Virus record (IMG/VR): IMGVR_UViG_3300045283_000349
Location: 2,968-66,967 of that record
From: a virus
Strand: one strand, 5' to 3'
DNA: 64,000 nt
The position numbers and the translations under genes were made by a program. Below the pieces are notes generated by a model. It was not told the origin of the DNA and ran no database searches. It saw only the letters and a list, made by a program, of their open reading frames with translations. Positions 1 through 8,686 of the stretch are shown here, in pieces; position 1 is the first letter of the stretch, and every line of letters begins with the position of its first letter.

Positions 1-8
1 GGCGGCGG

Positions 9-287
9 TCACCACGTGGGGTCCTCCTCTGGCACCCAGCCCCCGAGCGGGCGCAGATTCAGGCTGGCCTGGATGAGCGCCAGCTCCTTCTTCAGAATGG
101 CGAACCGGGCGGTCTCAAAGCCGGTCAGCGTGATGCAGCGGCAGTGCCCGTGCGTGACGTCGCCCTTGACCCCCTCGAAGCGCAGGTCGATGCCGTCGCC
201 GTCGTGGAGCGTGAAGCTCAGCTGCGGATCCCGAAAGCCCGCTGCCTTGGCCTGCTTGAGGAACGCGATGATGTCGTCGCTGGTCAT
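9..287 (-). CDS. hypothetical protein
   Basis: ATG at 287 overlaps upstream stop (ATGA); GC3-biased codons. Confidence 0.65.
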   Translation of the reverse strand: MTSDDIIAFLKQAKAAGFRDPQLSFTLHDGDGIDLRFEGVKGDVTHGHCRCITLTGFETARFAILKKELALIQASLNLRPLGGWVPEEDPTW

Positions 288-523
288 GGGAACAGCCGGC
301 TCCAATCTGCCTCCCAGGGCGGCCGCGCCGGCTCGGCCTGGATCTCCCGGGCCTTGGCCGCCAGCGCCGACGGCGTGACGAGCATGTCAGCCGCGGGTGT
401 CTTCGTCTTGTCCTGCACCAGCGCCCACTGATCCGCGGGCATCAACGGGCAGACCATCAGCGAGAAGGGCGAGCCGGGGACCTGCTCCTCGGCGTGCTCG
501 CTGCCGCACACGGGGCACCTCAT
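284..523 (-). CDS. hypothetical protein with CxxC motif
   Basis: 79-aa ORF with 4-nt overlaps on both sides. Confidence 0.6.
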   Translation of the reverse strand: MRCPVCGSEHAEEQVPGSPFSLMVCPLMPADQWALVQDKTKTPAADMLVTPSALAAKAREIQAEPARPPWEADWSRLFP

Positions 524-879
524 GGCCGCAGCCTCGGCGGCATCGGGAAGTCGAAGACCACGTGATATTCGCGGGTCACAACCTGCTTGCCATTCTCGGC
601 GACCAGCAGCCCGACCGGCGTCCAGTGGATCGTCATACGCTTGCCATCGGTGCCGAGGTAGAGGTCGCGCCCCACCAGGATGTCGACGACCCGGCAGGGC
701 GGGCGGCCCCCGAGATCGCCGAGCGCTTCAACCGCGGCCTGCGCCGCGCTCAGGCGCTTATTTACGACCTCAAGGATGACGTCGGCCGTGGCCCGAAGAT
801 CGCGCATCGACTTGGTCAGCTCGTCCACGTCCTGGCGCAGGTCGGTCTTGCGGCCGGTCCGCACGCCGCCCGACATCAT
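520..879 (-). CDS. hypothetical protein
   Basis: 119-aa ORF, overlap-coupled. Confidence 0.65.
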   Translation of the reverse strand: MMSGGVRTGRKTDLRQDVDELTKSMRDLRATADVILEVVNKRLSAAQAAVEALGDLGGRPPCRVVDILVGRDLYLGTDGKRMTIHWTPVGLLVAENGKQVVTREYHVVFDFPMPPRLRP

Positions 880-1145
880 GACCGCCCCCCGCCCGCATCA
901 CACCAGGCCTTGAGCTTCGCGGCGGCCCGCGAGCCGCAGTGGATGGTGTCCACCTTGCCCGTCTCGATCATGGCCATGAGACCAGCCAGCTTGTGGTCGC
1001 CGCCCTCGCGCTTAGCCTTGTCCTCGGCGGCGCGGATAGCCGCGTGCTCGGCCTCGGTCAGGCCGCGCGGCTGGGCGAAGAGCGCGTCGGGCTCGATGAA
1101 CTTGTTGACCAGGATGCGCACCTGGCCGGGCAGCGCGGTGATCAA
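876..1145 (-). CDS. hypothetical protein
   Basis: 3' part of track ORF 876..1523; TTG start overlaps upstream TGA. Confidence 0.55.
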   Translation of the reverse strand: MITALPGQVRILVNKFIEPDALFAQPRGLTEAEHAAIRAAEDKAKREGGDHKLAGLMAMIETGKVDTIHCGSRAAAKLKAWCDAGGGRS

Positions 1146-1354
1146 CCCCAGCCCCCGTACCGCGCGTAGCCGTCGTGCTGGGCGAATTCGATCGCCTCGT
1201 CCGCTATGGCCTGGTGGTGCTCCCGCTCGGCCCGCACGCAATCGCGCGCCCCGCACACCAGGAAGTCCCGGGCCTCGCGCGGGCAGACGCCCAGGCTTTC
1301 CCCGCAGTTGTCGCAGAACTGCTCTTTGTCGGGTCGCTTGTCGTGGATCGCCAT
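1142..1354 (-). CDS. small Cys-containing hypothetical protein
   Basis: GAAAGGG SD before ATG 1354; CxxC and Cx4C. Confidence 0.6.
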   Translation of the reverse strand: MAIHDKRPDKEQFCDNCGESLGVCPREARDFLVCGARDCVRAEREHHQAIADEAIEFAQHDGYARYGGWG

Positions 1355-1365
1355 TGATGTCCCTT

Positions 1366-2088
1366 TCACCGCGCGGGCCGGATGACTGCGCCCATAACGA
1401 ACGGGTAGAGCTTCGCGGCCTTGCCCTCCGACCGGAGGACCACGCCGGGGATCTTCCCCTTGCTGGCCCAGTGGTAGATGCTATTGCGGGCCGACGTGGG
1501 CGAGCTGTAGTGGCCGCGGCCAAGCTGGCTGATCAGCTCCTTGATGGTCATCCCGGGGCGCTCAGCGACCAGGCGCCCCACCGTGCGGCACGTGTCCTTA
1601 AATGGCGTCCAGAAGCCGCCGCCGTTGCCGCCGGCCTCGACGCCGGTGATCTGCTCGGCCCGCAGGTGCGCGCGCAAAGACCGGGTGTGCTCACGCACGC
1701 GCATCAGCTTCGCGTCGAGCTGCTCGCGCACCGGCCGGCCGTATCCGTCGCCGCCGGTGACCTGCAGCCAGCCGATGCCGTTGTCCTTGCAATACGACTC
1801 GAGGACCCAGTGCGGCCGGCTGACAGGCGTTGCGACCGAGACCAGGTTCGCGCGCCACAGCCAGCCGGCCGCCTGGCCGATTACAGACGTCCCGAACTGC
1901 AGCTTGGTCTCGATTGCCCAGGTGAGCGGTCCCCGCGTCGCTACCACGTCGCAGGTTGAGCTGCCATCGTGCACCTCCTGATACACCGTCCAGCCCTCGG
2001 ACCTGAGCCAGGCCACGAGGACGCGAGCCAGTCCTGACTCGCTGCTGAACAAAGACATGCGGCGCGTGCTCACGTTTTCCTCAGCCAC
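1366..2088 (-). CDS. PD-(D/E)xK nuclease-fold protein (MmcB-like)
   Basis: YQEV...CDVVA...IETK..Q motif pattern. Confidence 0.6.
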   Translation of the reverse strand: MAEENVSTRRMSLFSSESGLARVLVAWLRSEGWTVYQEVHDGSSTCDVVATRGPLTWAIETKLQFGTSVIGQAAGWLWRANLVSVATPVSRPHWVLESYCKDNGIGWLQVTGGDGYGRPVREQLDAKLMRVREHTRSLRAHLRAEQITGVEAGGNGGGFWTPFKDTCRTVGRLVAERPGMTIKELISQLGRGHYSSPTSARNSIYHWASKGKIPGVVLRSEGKAAKLYPFVMGAVIRPAR

Positions 2089-2201
2089 TCGGCGATGGCG
2101 CCGATCAGCAGCACGATGCCGAAGATCACAAACAGCCCCCAGGGCGGTGGGCCGGGCGGTACGTGGTGGCCTTCGGGCATGGCGAGGCGCTGGTGGTTCA
2201 T
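2070..2201 (-). CDS. small membrane protein
   Basis: ATGA-coupled start; one hydrophobic helix. Confidence 0.5.
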   Translation of the reverse strand: MNHQRLAMPEGHHVPPGPPPWGLFVIFGIVLLIGAIAEWLRKT

Positions 2202-2389
2202 CGGCACATCCAGCGGCACGTGCGCTCGGTCATCGCGCTGCGCCCCGTGCACTCGTCCGTGCAGGCCGACCAGCGGCGCCACTGGTAGACCGCGAGACCC
2301 AGTGTCACGACCACCAGCACGGCGGTCCACGCGCCCCAGCCCCAGCGGCTGACCAGTGCGCGGCGTGATGTCGGCTGCAAAATGGTCAT
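2198..2389 (-). CDS. small membrane protein
   Basis: ATGA-coupled; TM helix followed by Cys-rich tail. Confidence 0.55.
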   Translation of the reverse strand: MTILQPTSRRALVSRWGWGAWTAVLVVVTLGLAVYQWRRWSACTDECTGRSAMTERTCRWMCR

Positions 2390-2556
2390 GGGCGAAAGTC
2401 CCGCGGCTCGGCGCCCTTCTCGATCGCGCGCTGGAACCGACGCATGAGCGCAACGACGCGACTGGCGGCCACCATCACCGCCACGTTCGCCACGATGCAC
2501 ACGAGCACGAGGACGGGGACCAGCAGGTCGGCGATGCCGGAACAGGTCAGCGTCAC
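2386..2556 (-). CDS. small membrane protein
   Basis: GTGA-coupled; hydrophobic stretch. Confidence 0.5.
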   Translation of the reverse strand: MTLTCSGIADLLVPVLVLVCIVANVAVMVAASRVVALMRRFQRAIEKGAEPRDFRP

Positions 2557-2768
2557 GATTTTCCCTCCCGCATCGACAGGCTGAGCCCGAGCTTGGCCCG
2601 TGGGTTGAGCGCGTTCACGGCCTGGCGCAGGGCCGTCTCGGCCGCCTCGAGCTCGACCATGCCCTGGTGCCGGAGCCGCTTGAACCGCTTGCGGTACTCG
2701 GGCTCGACGCCGAATTTGGCGGCGCTGCGCAGGCCGCGCGCGAAGTGCTTGAGGTCGCCGGGTTTCAT
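2553..2768 (-). CDS. hypothetical protein
   Basis: ATGA-coupled to queD stop. Confidence 0.55.
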   Translation of the reverse strand: MKPGDLKHFARGLRSAAKFGVEPEYRKRFKRLRHQGMVELEAAETALRQAVNALNPRAKLGLSLSMREGKS

Positions 2769-3178
2769 GGGCGCCACGACGCCCCCGATGTGGCGTCCTC
2801 CTGCAGGTCGATGCGGTCAAGCCAGAGGCGCCGGTCCGGGGCGGCCGACGCGATTAGGCTTTCGAGCCGGACCGCCAACCATGCCGCGAACCGCTCAACG
2901 GTGGGGTTCTCGGCCACCCATGCGGCGGTCGGCGTTGAACACCGCTCGGCCAACGTGTTGAGGCTGTGATGGTCGACGGCCCGGAGCACCGGTCGGATCA
3001 CGCGGTCGAGGTCGTCATACTCGATCAGCATGCCGTCCGCGTTTAGCTCACCGCCCACGTGCAGGGTGAGCTCGTAGCGATGCCCATGCAGCCGTCGGCA
3101 TTTGTGGCCCTCAGGCACCCCCGCCGTGAGGAGGTGCGCGACCTCGAGGTCATAGCGGCGTCGAATCAGAATTGCCAT
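2765..3178 (-). CDS. queD: 6-carboxy-5,6,7,8-tetrahydropterin synthase (QueD, PTPS family)
   Basis: AH-L...C-RRL-HGH-RY (CxxxHGH), DHxxLN and NPTxE motifs. Confidence 0.88.
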   Translation of the reverse strand: MAILIRRRYDLEVAHLLTAGVPEGHKCRRLHGHRYELTLHVGGELNADGMLIEYDDLDRVIRPVLRAVDHHSLNTLAERCSTPTAAWVAENPTVERFAAWLAVRLESLIASAAPDRRLWLDRIDLQEDATSGASWRP

Positions 3179-3777
3179 GCCGACTGTCTCCTGGCGCTGT
3201 CGAGCATCGGGATCGTGGTCGCGAACCGGGTGGCGCTGGTGCCATCGAAGCTGTCAGCGCCGGCCATCACGCACATCTGGATCCGGCGGGCGCTGTTGAC
3301 CCGGCCCACGTGGCAGTAGGCGCCGTGCGCGCGAGCCAACGCCGCCCAGCTGGCCATCGTGCGCAGTTTCCACTCTGTCGAACCGCCAACAAAAACGCCG
3401 ACATCACCGCCCAGCAGCGACCGCACGTCCGCAGGCTGCATCCCGTCCTGGACCGGGACCAGGCGTCGGCGACCAATCCGGTCCAGGCGTGGCAGCCAGG
3501 TCTCGGACAATCGTAGCGAGCGCAGGCCGCCGGCAACGACGTCCGGCACCACGACGAAGGCAGCGCCCGCGCCGAGCTTGTCGATCACCTCTTCGAACGC
3601 GGCGGGTTCCCACGGTCGGCCCTGCTGGTGCGCGGTCCAGGCGCCGTTGTCGATGCCGTAAACATCAAACCCTTCTGTGCGGTGAACGCCCGAGGCGCTG
3701 ACGAGCAGTCCCCATCCGCGCGCGCGCAAGGCATCGAGGTTGCGTCGCGTGCCTGTGCGGCTCGCGTACGCCATCAC
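3166..3777 (-). CDS. small tRNA-guanine transglycosylase-fold protein, DpdA-like (putative DNA base-exchange enzyme)
   Basis: IDNGAW, PDVV, VQDG, FVGGS, HVGRVN and SFDGT motifs resemble the TGT barrel; overlaps queD. Confidence 0.68.
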   Translation of the reverse strand: MMAYASRTGTRRNLDALRARGWGLLVSASGVHRTEGFDVYGIDNGAWTAHQQGRPWEPAAFEEVIDKLGAGAAFVVVPDVVAGGLRSLRLSETWLPRLDRIGRRRLVPVQDGMQPADVRSLLGGDVGVFVGGSTEWKLRTMASWAALARAHGAYCHVGRVNSARRIQMCVMAGADSFDGTSATRFATTIPMLDSARRQSAWQF

Positions 3778-3875
3778 GGCACGCCCCAGTCGAAGACCTT
3801 GACCGCCAGGCCCAGGATCGCGACGGCCGCCAACATGAACGTGATGCCCAGCAGGGCGAGGCCTTCGCGGGTCAT
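3774..3875 (-). CDS. 33-aa membrane peptide
   Basis: 4-nt overlaps on both sides; hydrophobic. Confidence 0.5.
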   Translation of the reverse strand: MTREGLALLGITFMLAAVAILGLAVKVFDWGVP

Positions 3876-4069
3876 GGCGTGGCTCCGAGCTTTGCGGCCA
3901 GCTTTTGGATCTGCTCTTCGACCTCGTCTTCGGGGAAGACCTGCCGCAAAGCGGCCGCGGCTTCGGCGAAGGTCTCGAAGCGCTTCATGTGCGCGCTGTG
4001 CTCGGCCAGCGTGCAGGTGCGTGACACGCCCGCGACGGAACGCAGGTAGATGGCGGCCTCCGGGCTCAC
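3872..4069 (-). CDS. hypothetical protein
   Basis: 65-aa ORF, overlap-coupled. Confidence 0.6.
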   Translation of the reverse strand: MSPEAAIYLRSVAGVSRTCTLAEHSAHMKRFETFAEAAAALRQVFPEDEVEEQIQKLAAKLGATP

Positions 4070-4272
4070 GTCCCACCTGCCGCCTCTGACGTAGCCGCCT
4101 CATCATCGGGCGGCGGCGGCGGAAGCTCCCTCCACGTCGTGTCCCTTGGGCGGGGATTGAATGCAACCCAGACCCGGCCTTCGTCGTCGAGGGCGTAAAG
4201 GGCGGGGTACCATGTGTTGTCGGGACCCTCGTGCGGCGACGTCACTGCGATCTGGACGAACTTGCGCTTCAT
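4066..4272 (-). CDS. hypothetical protein
   Basis: ATGA-coupled start at 4272 (MKRKFVQIAV...). Confidence 0.6.
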   Translation of the reverse strand: MKRKFVQIAVTSPHEGPDNTWYPALYALDDEGRVWVAFNPRPRDTTWRELPPPPPDDEAATSEAAGGT

Positions 4273-5066
4273 GTGCCCCCCCCTCCGGCCTTCGTCGGCT
4301 GGCGCATGAGCATGGCCCCCAGCATCTGCTCGGTGACCCCCGGGGGCAGCTCGCCGCGCGCCAGCTGCTCGAGCTGCTCGGCCGTCAGCTCTGGTGCCTC
4401 GGGCTCGGGCGCCAACGCGCCGTTGCCCAGCAGGTAGCGCATCGCCATCGGCGCGGTCTGAAAGCACTTGCACCACAGGGCCGTGGCGTGGATGACGGCA
4501 CCGCCATCGACGTAGGCCTGATCGATCTCGACCACGTTCTTGTCTTTGTCGAAGCTCTTGACCCTGCGATACCTGATGAACGTGGCGGCCCCAACGGCGG
4601 TGCGCAACTTCCGACCGAGCTCGCCCACCAGATCGGGGGCCATCTCGGCTACGGGCATCCACTTCTCCTGGTACTCGCGCCAGCGGGTCGCGCTGGTCTT
4701 GCCCGCGTCCTCGGCGGCCGCCCTGTCGCGTTCGAGCTCCTTTTCCCGGGCAGCCTCGGCCTGCTTGTCGAACAGCTTCCAGCGCTCCCGCATGGCGGGC
4801 CAATTGTTGCCAGGCCATCCGCGTTGAATCGCCGTGCAGGCCATCCGAACCGAAACGCCGGTCCGCCTCGCAAGGGAATGGTCGGTCCGAGCCCCCGCTC
4901 GAAAGGCCGACCACATCGCCGCGTAGACCCCCTCGGGGGGCGCCTCTTCGATCCAGCCACCCTTCGGGGCCTCTACTCGTTCCGGCCCGTCATCGAGGGT
5001 CGGGATAGGGCGGATTGGGTGGATTGGGCCAATGGGCGGTTTGCTCTCATCGCTCTCATCGGACAT
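4269..5066 (-). CDS. HTH-containing late protein; candidate displaced terminase small subunit
   Basis: ATG 6 nt after late-promoter -10; HTH-like TDHSLARRTGVSVRMACTAIQRGW followed by coiled coil; the TerS role is inference. Confidence 0.5.
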   Translation of the reverse strand: MSDESDESKPPIGPIHPIRPIPTLDDGPERVEAPKGGWIEEAPPEGVYAAMWSAFRAGARTDHSLARRTGVSVRMACTAIQRGWPGNNWPAMRERWKLFDKQAEAAREKELERDRAAAEDAGKTSATRWREYQEKWMPVAEMAPDLVGELGRKLRTAVGAATFIRYRRVKSFDKDKNVVEIDQAYVDGGAVIHATALWCKCFQTAPMAMRYLLGNGALAPEPEAPELTAEQLEQLARGELPPGVTEQMLGAMLMRQPTKAGGGGT

Positions 5067-5072
5067 GCAACC

Positions 5073-5109
5073 AGCGTTGCCACACGCGCGCGCCCGCCCC
5101 AAGGTTTCG
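5073..5109 (-). promoter_or_regulatory. phage late promoter, copy 1
   Basis: CGAAACC TTGGGG N18 AACGCT N6 ATG. Confidence 0.7.
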
Positions 5110-5243
5110 GGTCTCGTTTTTCTCGCTGGTTGGGTTGTTGTGGGGAACCCTGTGGGCACGTGGTGGAGAGCCGGGGGTGGGATAGCGTGCAGGTTCGAAA
5201 CATGGAACTGAACGCCCTTGCGCAAGTCGTTTAGTTCACGCGG

Positions 5244-5501
5244 ATGCCCCTGGGAACAGGCACGGAGGCGCGGCTATCGTGGGCCATGCTTCGTCGCACC
5301 TCGTTCCCCAAGCTGCCGCGCGCGCGGGGCCAGCGCCTCACATGGCTGGCAGACGAGCTGGGCTGCCCGCGGGCGGGCTTTTGGGAGCATGTCCCGCTGT
5401 TGGGCGACTGGCTGCTGCGGCGGCGTATACGGCACACCAGGCTCGTCAGGCTGGCCACGGACCGGCCGGTGAGCCGGCTCTTGTCCTGGCTGGGCAAGTA
5501 G
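5244..5501 (+). CDS. hypothetical protein
   Basis: 85-aa ORF filling the gap. Confidence 0.45.
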   Translation: MPLGTGTEARLSWAMLRRTSFPKLPRARGQRLTWLADELGCPRAGFWEHVPLLGDWLLRRRIRHTRLVRLATDRPVSRLLSWLGK

Positions 5502-5544
5502 CCCCCTTTACTTCTGACGCGGTACTCGGCTAGACCTGCAGCCG

Positions 5545-6267
5545 ATGGCCCTCATCCGCCGCGACGATCTCCTCCGCAAGGTGAAGATCCGCACATTCGA
5601 CTACGCCACGGCGCTCCGAGAGCACGCGGCCAAGCTCATCGGGGCGCCCATCACGTGCGGCAAGGGCTGCGCTTACTGCTGCTACTCGAAGATCTGCATC
5701 GACGCCGGCACCGGCATGGTGATCGCGCTCGAGCTGGTGGCGCAGGGGCGCTGGACGCCCGCGCTGGTGGCAAAGCTGACCGCGGCCGATGCGGCCATGA
5801 CCCGCACGAACCACCACGACTGGTTCAACTTGCGCCGGCCCTGCGTGTTCTTGGCCGAGGACGAGTGGGGCAGGGGCACCTGCACGATCCACGCGGTTCG
5901 GCCCTACAGCTGCGTGACCACGTTCTCGGCAAGGCCCGCCATCGAATGCAGCGTGGGCGACAACGTCGCCAGCTTCCAGGTCGCTGACGAGCAGATCGTC
6001 GAGCACCTCATGCCCTACCACGAGGCGCTGCTCAACGGCGCGGGCGAGACCCGGACATGGTTGATGACCATCCCCGGCGCCGTGCTGTACGGCTACTCGC
6101 TGGCGGCCAAGGAGCCACCACCATCGTCGGTCCTGCGACTGGACCAGGACCAGGGGCCGCGCGGCGATTCGATGACGCTAGTCGAATGGCTGGACAAGCA
6201 CGGGGCCGCCCATGGGGCGCGGATGGCCGAGGCCGCGGCGCGGGCACCGCTGCTGGGCGCATCGTGA
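5545..6267 (+). CDS. YkgJ-family cysteine-cluster (Fe-S or Zn) protein
   Basis: CxxGCxxCC ... CVFL ... CTIHAVRPYSC. Confidence 0.8.
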   Translation: MALIRRDDLLRKVKIRTFDYATALREHAAKLIGAPITCGKGCAYCCYSKICIDAGTGMVIALELVAQGRWTPALVAKLTAADAAMTRTNHHDWFNLRRPCVFLAEDEWGRGTCTIHAVRPYSCVTTFSARPAIECSVGDNVASFQVADEQIVEHLMPYHEALLNGAGETRTWLMTIPGAVLYGYSLAAKEPPPSSVLRLDQDQGPRGDSMTLVEWLDKHGAAHGARMAEAAARAPLLGAS

Positions 6268-7730
6268 GCGAGAGCGGACGCAAGCCGCCCTACAGCGAGA
6301 GCGCCGAGCGCGCGGTGCTGGGCGGCATCCTGGCCAAGCCCACCAACGCGTTCGAGGTGATCCCGGTCCTCGACGGGGACGACCTCTTCCTACCCGTGCA
6401 CCGCGAGGTCTTCGCCGTCATGTGCGAGCTGATCACCACCGGGGTTGGGATCGATGCCGTCACGGTCGCGAACCGGATCAAGAGCCGCGGCGCCTACGCG
6501 CTCGAGGGCGGGGCCGAGGCATTCTGTTTGCGCCTGATGGACGACCAGAGCGTGCTGGCCTCGGACAACATCATGCATTGGGTGGGGATCGTCATCCGCA
6601 AGGCCAAGGAGCGGAAGGCCATCTCCATCTGTGCGGACATCCAGGCCCGGGCCTACCAGGGCGACGAGGACGACTCGCTCTTCGACGACTTCGAGACGTC
6701 CGTCTTCGCCCTCAACGCCCAGCGCTCGAGCAAGCAAAGCTTCAGGGCCGACGTCACCCGGGCCCTCGAGCGCTACGAGCGGCGCGGCCTCAGCAAGCGC
6801 GACCTGCTCGGCATCCCGAGCGGCATCTACCCGCTCGACCGCCTAACCCAGGGCTGGCAGGCAGAACACTTCATCGTGCTGGCGGGCCGGCCAGGCATGG
6901 GCAAGAGCGCCTTCGTCTTCGACAACTGCGCCCTCAATGCGGCCGTCCACCTCAACCATCCCGTCCTGATCTTCTCGCTCGAGATGGGCCGCAACGAGCT
7001 GACGGATCGCATGATCGGGGCGCGGGCCCGCATCGATACGCGCCGCCTCGTGCGCGGGGAGATCACACAGAACGAATGGTCCCACCAGCTCTACCCCGCC
7101 AGCGAGCAGCTGCAGGCCGCGCCGATCGAGCTCGAGGACACCCCGGGCATGTCGATTGCCCAGATGACCGCGAAGATCAGGCGGTTCCGGGCCGACGAGC
7201 GCTACTTTCCCCGCGGCGTGGAACTCACGCCCGAGGGCGAGCCGCTGCCGGGCCTGGTCATCGTCGACTATGCCCAGTTGGCGACGGCGCCCGGGGGCAA
7301 GGGGCAGAGCCGCGAGCAGGAGGTGGCGGCCATCACCCGAGGCCTCAAGAGCGCGGCCAAGAGCACGCGCCTGCCCATCATCGCGGTGTCGCAACTGAAC
7401 CGCGGCCTCGAGAAGCGCGAGGACAAACGGCCCGGCCTGGCCGACCTGCGCGAGAGCGGCGCCATCGAGCAGGACGCGGACATCATCATCTTCATCCACC
7501 GCGAGTCGTACTACTTCAACGACGACGAGAAGGCCGCGGCCATCGCCAAGGGCGACGACATGACCACCACCGAGTTCATCGTGGGCAAGAACCGCCACGG
7601 CGACGTCGGGGTGGCCAGCGCGCGCTGGATCAAGAACCTGGTCCGTTTCGAGGGCATCGAGAATCGTCCGGGCTACACCCAGGATCCCGAGGCCAGCGCC
7701 GAGGACGGCGAGCACTGGTCGTCGCGCTGA
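6264..7730 (+). CDS. dnaB: replicative DNA helicase
   Basis: PPYSESAERAVLG N-terminus, Walker A GRPGMGKS, FSLEM, IVDYAQL, SQLNR, DLRESGAIEQDAD, KNRHG. Confidence 0.96.
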   Translation: MSESGRKPPYSESAERAVLGGILAKPTNAFEVIPVLDGDDLFLPVHREVFAVMCELITTGVGIDAVTVANRIKSRGAYALEGGAEAFCLRLMDDQSVLASDNIMHWVGIVIRKAKERKAISICADIQARAYQGDEDDSLFDDFETSVFALNAQRSSKQSFRADVTRALERYERRGLSKRDLLGIPSGIYPLDRLTQGWQAEHFIVLAGRPGMGKSAFVFDNCALNAAVHLNHPVLIFSLEMGRNELTDRMIGARARIDTRRLVRGEITQNEWSHQLYPASEQLQAAPIELEDTPGMSIAQMTAKIRRFRADERYFPRGVELTPEGEPLPGLVIVDYAQLATAPGGKGQSREQEVAAITRGLKSAAKSTRLPIIAVSQLNRGLEKREDKRPGLADLRESGAIEQDADIIIFIHRESYYFNDDEKAAAIAKGDDMTTTEFIVGKNRHGDVGVASARWIKNLVRFEGIENRPGYTQDPEASAEDGEHWSSR

Positions 7731-7925
7731 TCAGTCAAGCTCGTGCAGCAGCTCGTCGGCGAGGCCGATCGGGTCGGTCTCATCGGGCTTCGCGTACCGC
7801 CGCAGCCATTCATTGAGCGCGATGCGGGCGCCCCGCCTGAGGTCCTCTTCGGTCACGTCGGGCTGGTCGATGCGCGCGTCCTTGCTCGCGCTGGCGGCCC
7901 GCTTGATGAGCGTCGACATCTTCAC
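7731..7925 (-). CDS. hypothetical protein
   Basis: 64-aa ORF with coding-like codon use. Confidence 0.55.
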   Translation of the reverse strand: MKMSTLIKRAASASKDARIDQPDVTEEDLRRGARIALNEWLRRYAKPDETDPIGLADELLHELD

Positions 7926-8191
7926 GAATTTCCGCTCCGAAGCGGCCGCGGCGGGGAATTTAGTGCGGGTCGTGGCGTTCTACGATCGCGCGCCCGCAGC
8001 TTGGCCATCTCCCAGGCGGCCTCGCAGCGGGGCTTGCTGCAGCAGTGGCGCTCCGGTCTTTCATGCGGGCGCTGCTCGTACTCCTCCTCGCAGAAGGCGC
8101 AGATTTTCTTCCCCTCGACCAGGCGGCGGACCCGGATCGAGGGGCGACGAGACTCCATCAAACTGGCGAAGGCATAGGTTACGACCGGCAA
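7922..8191 (-). CDS. small Cys-rich (Zn-finger-like) protein
   Basis: GGAGAGGAG SD before TTG 8191; CxxC ... CCxxxxC. Confidence 0.5.
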   Translation of the reverse strand: MPVVTYAFASLMESRRPSIRVRRLVEGKKICAFCEEEYEQRPHERPERHCCSKPRCEAAWEMAKLRARDRRTPRPALNSPPRPLRSGNS

Positions 8192-8398
8192 GGGGCATCT
8201 CCTCTCCGTGCGTTGCGGCCGAGCAACAGGATCGTTGCAGCGGCGGACGAACCTTTTACAAAGCCAAGCGCCTTGGGCGAAAGGCCCCAAAGCGAGGGCC
8301 CCTCAAATTTGGACGCAAGTGCCCGACAGGTCGCCGGCACGTGCGTCCAAGGTCATGTTAACAAAGTGCACGATGTCCGCACCTGAAGCGCAGGTGCA

Positions 8399-8686
8399 CT
8401 ACTTGGGCTGTTTCAGCTTCGGATCATCAGGCACGAGACTTAACGTTTTTGACTTCGGTCGTGTCGTCGGAGCCGGTGGTAGCGCCCACCGATCCATCGC
8501 AGCCTGGACCTGACGAAGGACCGAGCGCACCCGCGAGCGTAGGCGCACGCCCGAGGCGATGTGCGCGTCGATGTCGACCACCAACGCCTCGAGATCGGCC
8601 TGCTTGAGGACGGGCACCTCGATCAGCATCGGCTGGACCGCGATGCCGACGGGCGCCGGCGCCGGTGTTTTCTCGCCCGCAGCCAT
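8399..8686 (-). CDS. hypothetical protein
   Basis: 95-aa ORF abutting upstream stop. Confidence 0.55.
   Translation of the reverse strand: MAAGEKTPAPAPVGIAVQPMLIEVPVLKQADLEALVVDIDAHIASGVRLRSRVRSVLRQVQAAMDRWALPPAPTTRPKSKTLSLVPDDPKLKQPK

Noticed and set aside
397-1959. Long alternative-frame ORFs (for example 397..1959, 6212..7816, 29368..31035, 37590..39203)
   Set aside because: Arg/Pro/Ala-rich shadow frames of real genes, expected at high GC
5205-5237. Protelomerase telRL site
   Set aside because: Short and imperfect; no protelomerase recognised in the window
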